From a virus (taxonomy: Duplodnaviria; Caudoviricetes): 24,587 nt of DNA. Numbering within the stretch: position 1 is the stretch's first letter; each line of letters begins with the position of its first letter. A program made the position numbers and the translations under genes. Of the stretch, positions 23,366-24,587 are shown piece by piece. Below the pieces are notes generated by a model. That model saw nothing but the letters and a program-made list of their open reading frames with translations, ran no database searches and was not told the origin of the DNA. The DNA is taken from IMG/VR virus record IMGVR_UViG_3300028178_000019, positions 1 through 24,587 of that record; one strand, written 5' to 3'.

Positions 23366-24457
23366 ATGCCTAATATAGTTGAAGAAGTAGAGACTGAGGT
23401 TCAGTATATGAATGATGTGGATGTTCAATGGATTTCTTTAGTAAATAAAGGAGCAAATAGAACACCCTTTAAAATTATAAAAACGGAGGACGCGATGGAA
23501 GAAGTTATTCAGAGTATTATAACTCCATTAGCTAAAGATTTTGATAAATATAAGGAGTTGCATGAATGGTCTAAAGAATTTAAAATATTGAAGACTGAAA
23601 ATCATGGTGAGTATAGCAAATTCATTAGTATACCTATTGATGAACTGGAGCCAGCTTCAGTTAAATTAGTGAGACTTAGTGAAGACGAGCATATTTTTGC
23701 CGTGGTGGGCGTCCCCTTAAAAATGGAAGGATCCAATATTGTTTATAAATCCATAATTATGGATAGACCTATAAAATTGGATGATAGGGGAATTACAACC
23801 TTTAGAGATACCTTCTACAGTGAGATTAATAATTTGATGTCTATCGTAAATGGTACGATGGAATTGAATGAAATGGATAATAAGAAGAAGAGGGATATTA
23901 TTGGTAAATCTCTTGATGCATTTAAGAGTTTTATTTCTGCTGGTTTAGATATAAGCGCAGATAATATTATATTTGCAAAACAAGAACAAAAAAGTGAGGT
24001 TAATATGGATGTAAAGGATGAAAAGGTAACAGAGGTTATCGTTGAAAAGGTGGAGGCTTCTGTGCCTGCTCCTGTAGTTGAGCCCGTTGTGGCTGAAACT
24101 GTAAATAAGAGCGAAGAAAAACTTTTGGAGATGCTTGCGGTTCTTACTCAGAAAATTGAAGATTTGTCTACAAAGACGGATTCTATGATTAAGAAAGAAG
24201 AGCCAGAAGTCGTAGAAAAAGTTGAAGAAGTTCAGGTAGAAGTTGCTAAGGCGGAAGAAGTCCCAGTGGTTCCTTTTGCTAAGTTTGAGGAAACTCTTGA
24301 TACCATGAAGGTTAAACTAGAGAAACTTGAGCAACTTGTGGAAAAGATTGATGCGGATGTACCGGAACCCTCGGTTCAGGAGCCCGTAGTTAAAGAAGAG
24401 CCTACTGTTAAGAGCGAAAGTCCTTTTTCTGGGATTTTTGGAAATCTTCGAAGGTAA
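23366..24457 (+). CDS. Probable capsid scaffolding protein with N-terminal ISLVNKGAN segment
   Basis: Between protease and capsid genes; E/K/V/P-rich coiled-coil C-terminus ending SPFSGIFG. Confidence 0.65.
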   Translation: MPNIVEEVETEVQYMNDVDVQWISLVNKGANRTPFKIIKTEDAMEEVIQSIITPLAKDFDKYKELHEWSKEFKILKTENHGEYSKFISIPIDELEPASVKLVRLSEDEHIFAVVGVPLKMEGSNIVYKSIIMDRPIKLDDRGITTFRDTFYSEINNLMSIVNGTMELNEMDNKKKRDIIGKSLDAFKSFISAGLDISADNIIFAKQEQKSEVNMDVKDEKVTEVIVEKVEASVPAPVVEPVVAETVNKSEEKLLEMLAVLTQKIEDLSTKTDSMIKKEEPEVVEKVEEVQVEVAKAEEVPVVPFAKFEETLDTMKVKLEKLEQLVEKIDADVPEPSVQEPVVKEEPTVKSESPFSGIFGNLRR

Positions 24458-24487
24458 ACATAAAAAAATTTAGGAGGATTTATTTAG

Positions 24488-24587
24488 ATGGGAAAACTTA
24501 GTCCAAAAACTATAGTAGAAAAGGCTGATATAGCCGTACAGAACCTTATCGACAATGGTGGTTATTTGAACCCGATGCAGGCAAATA
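24488..24587 (+). CDS. Probable major capsid protein, 5' fragment
   Basis: AGGAGG RBS at 24472-24477; MGKLSPKTIVEKADIAVQNLIDNGGYLNPMQAN matches the GG.L.P.Q start of HK97-fold capsid proteins; follows protease and scaffold. Confidence 0.7.
   Translation, partial: MGKLSPKTIVEKADIAVQNLIDNGGYLNPMQAN

Overview
Low-GC tailed-phage (Caudoviricetes-like) genome segment; the host cannot be determined from the sequence. A long leftward block (22128 to 1809) encodes replication, recombination and packaging functions: DnaB helicase, primase, SSB-like protein, SF2 helicase, RecA/UvsX, endonuclease I-like, Cas4-like and RuvC-like nucleases, AAA+ ATPase, ParB-like protein, large terminase with an HNH-carrying intein in its Walker A motif, two tandem HNH endonucleases and ThyX. 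An AT-rich repeat-containing intergenic region (candidate origin) separates it from a rightward head module (XkdF-like protease, scaffold, start of major capsid protein). The standout feature is at the left end and is absent from the ORF track: a Ro60/TROVE (Rsr-like) gene (978 to the edge, minus strand) preceded, behind its own promoter, by six tandem Y-RNA-like ncRNAs. These share a covarying scaffold (stem-CGGCGUA-8 bp stem-WUACUUY...G-pyrimidine-CC-stem) but each carries a different insert: a bare Tyr(GUA) anticodon hairpin, circularly permuted tRNA bodies, a canonical-order tRNA body, or non-tRNA inserts. All family assignments are from motif recognition by eye; no searches were run.
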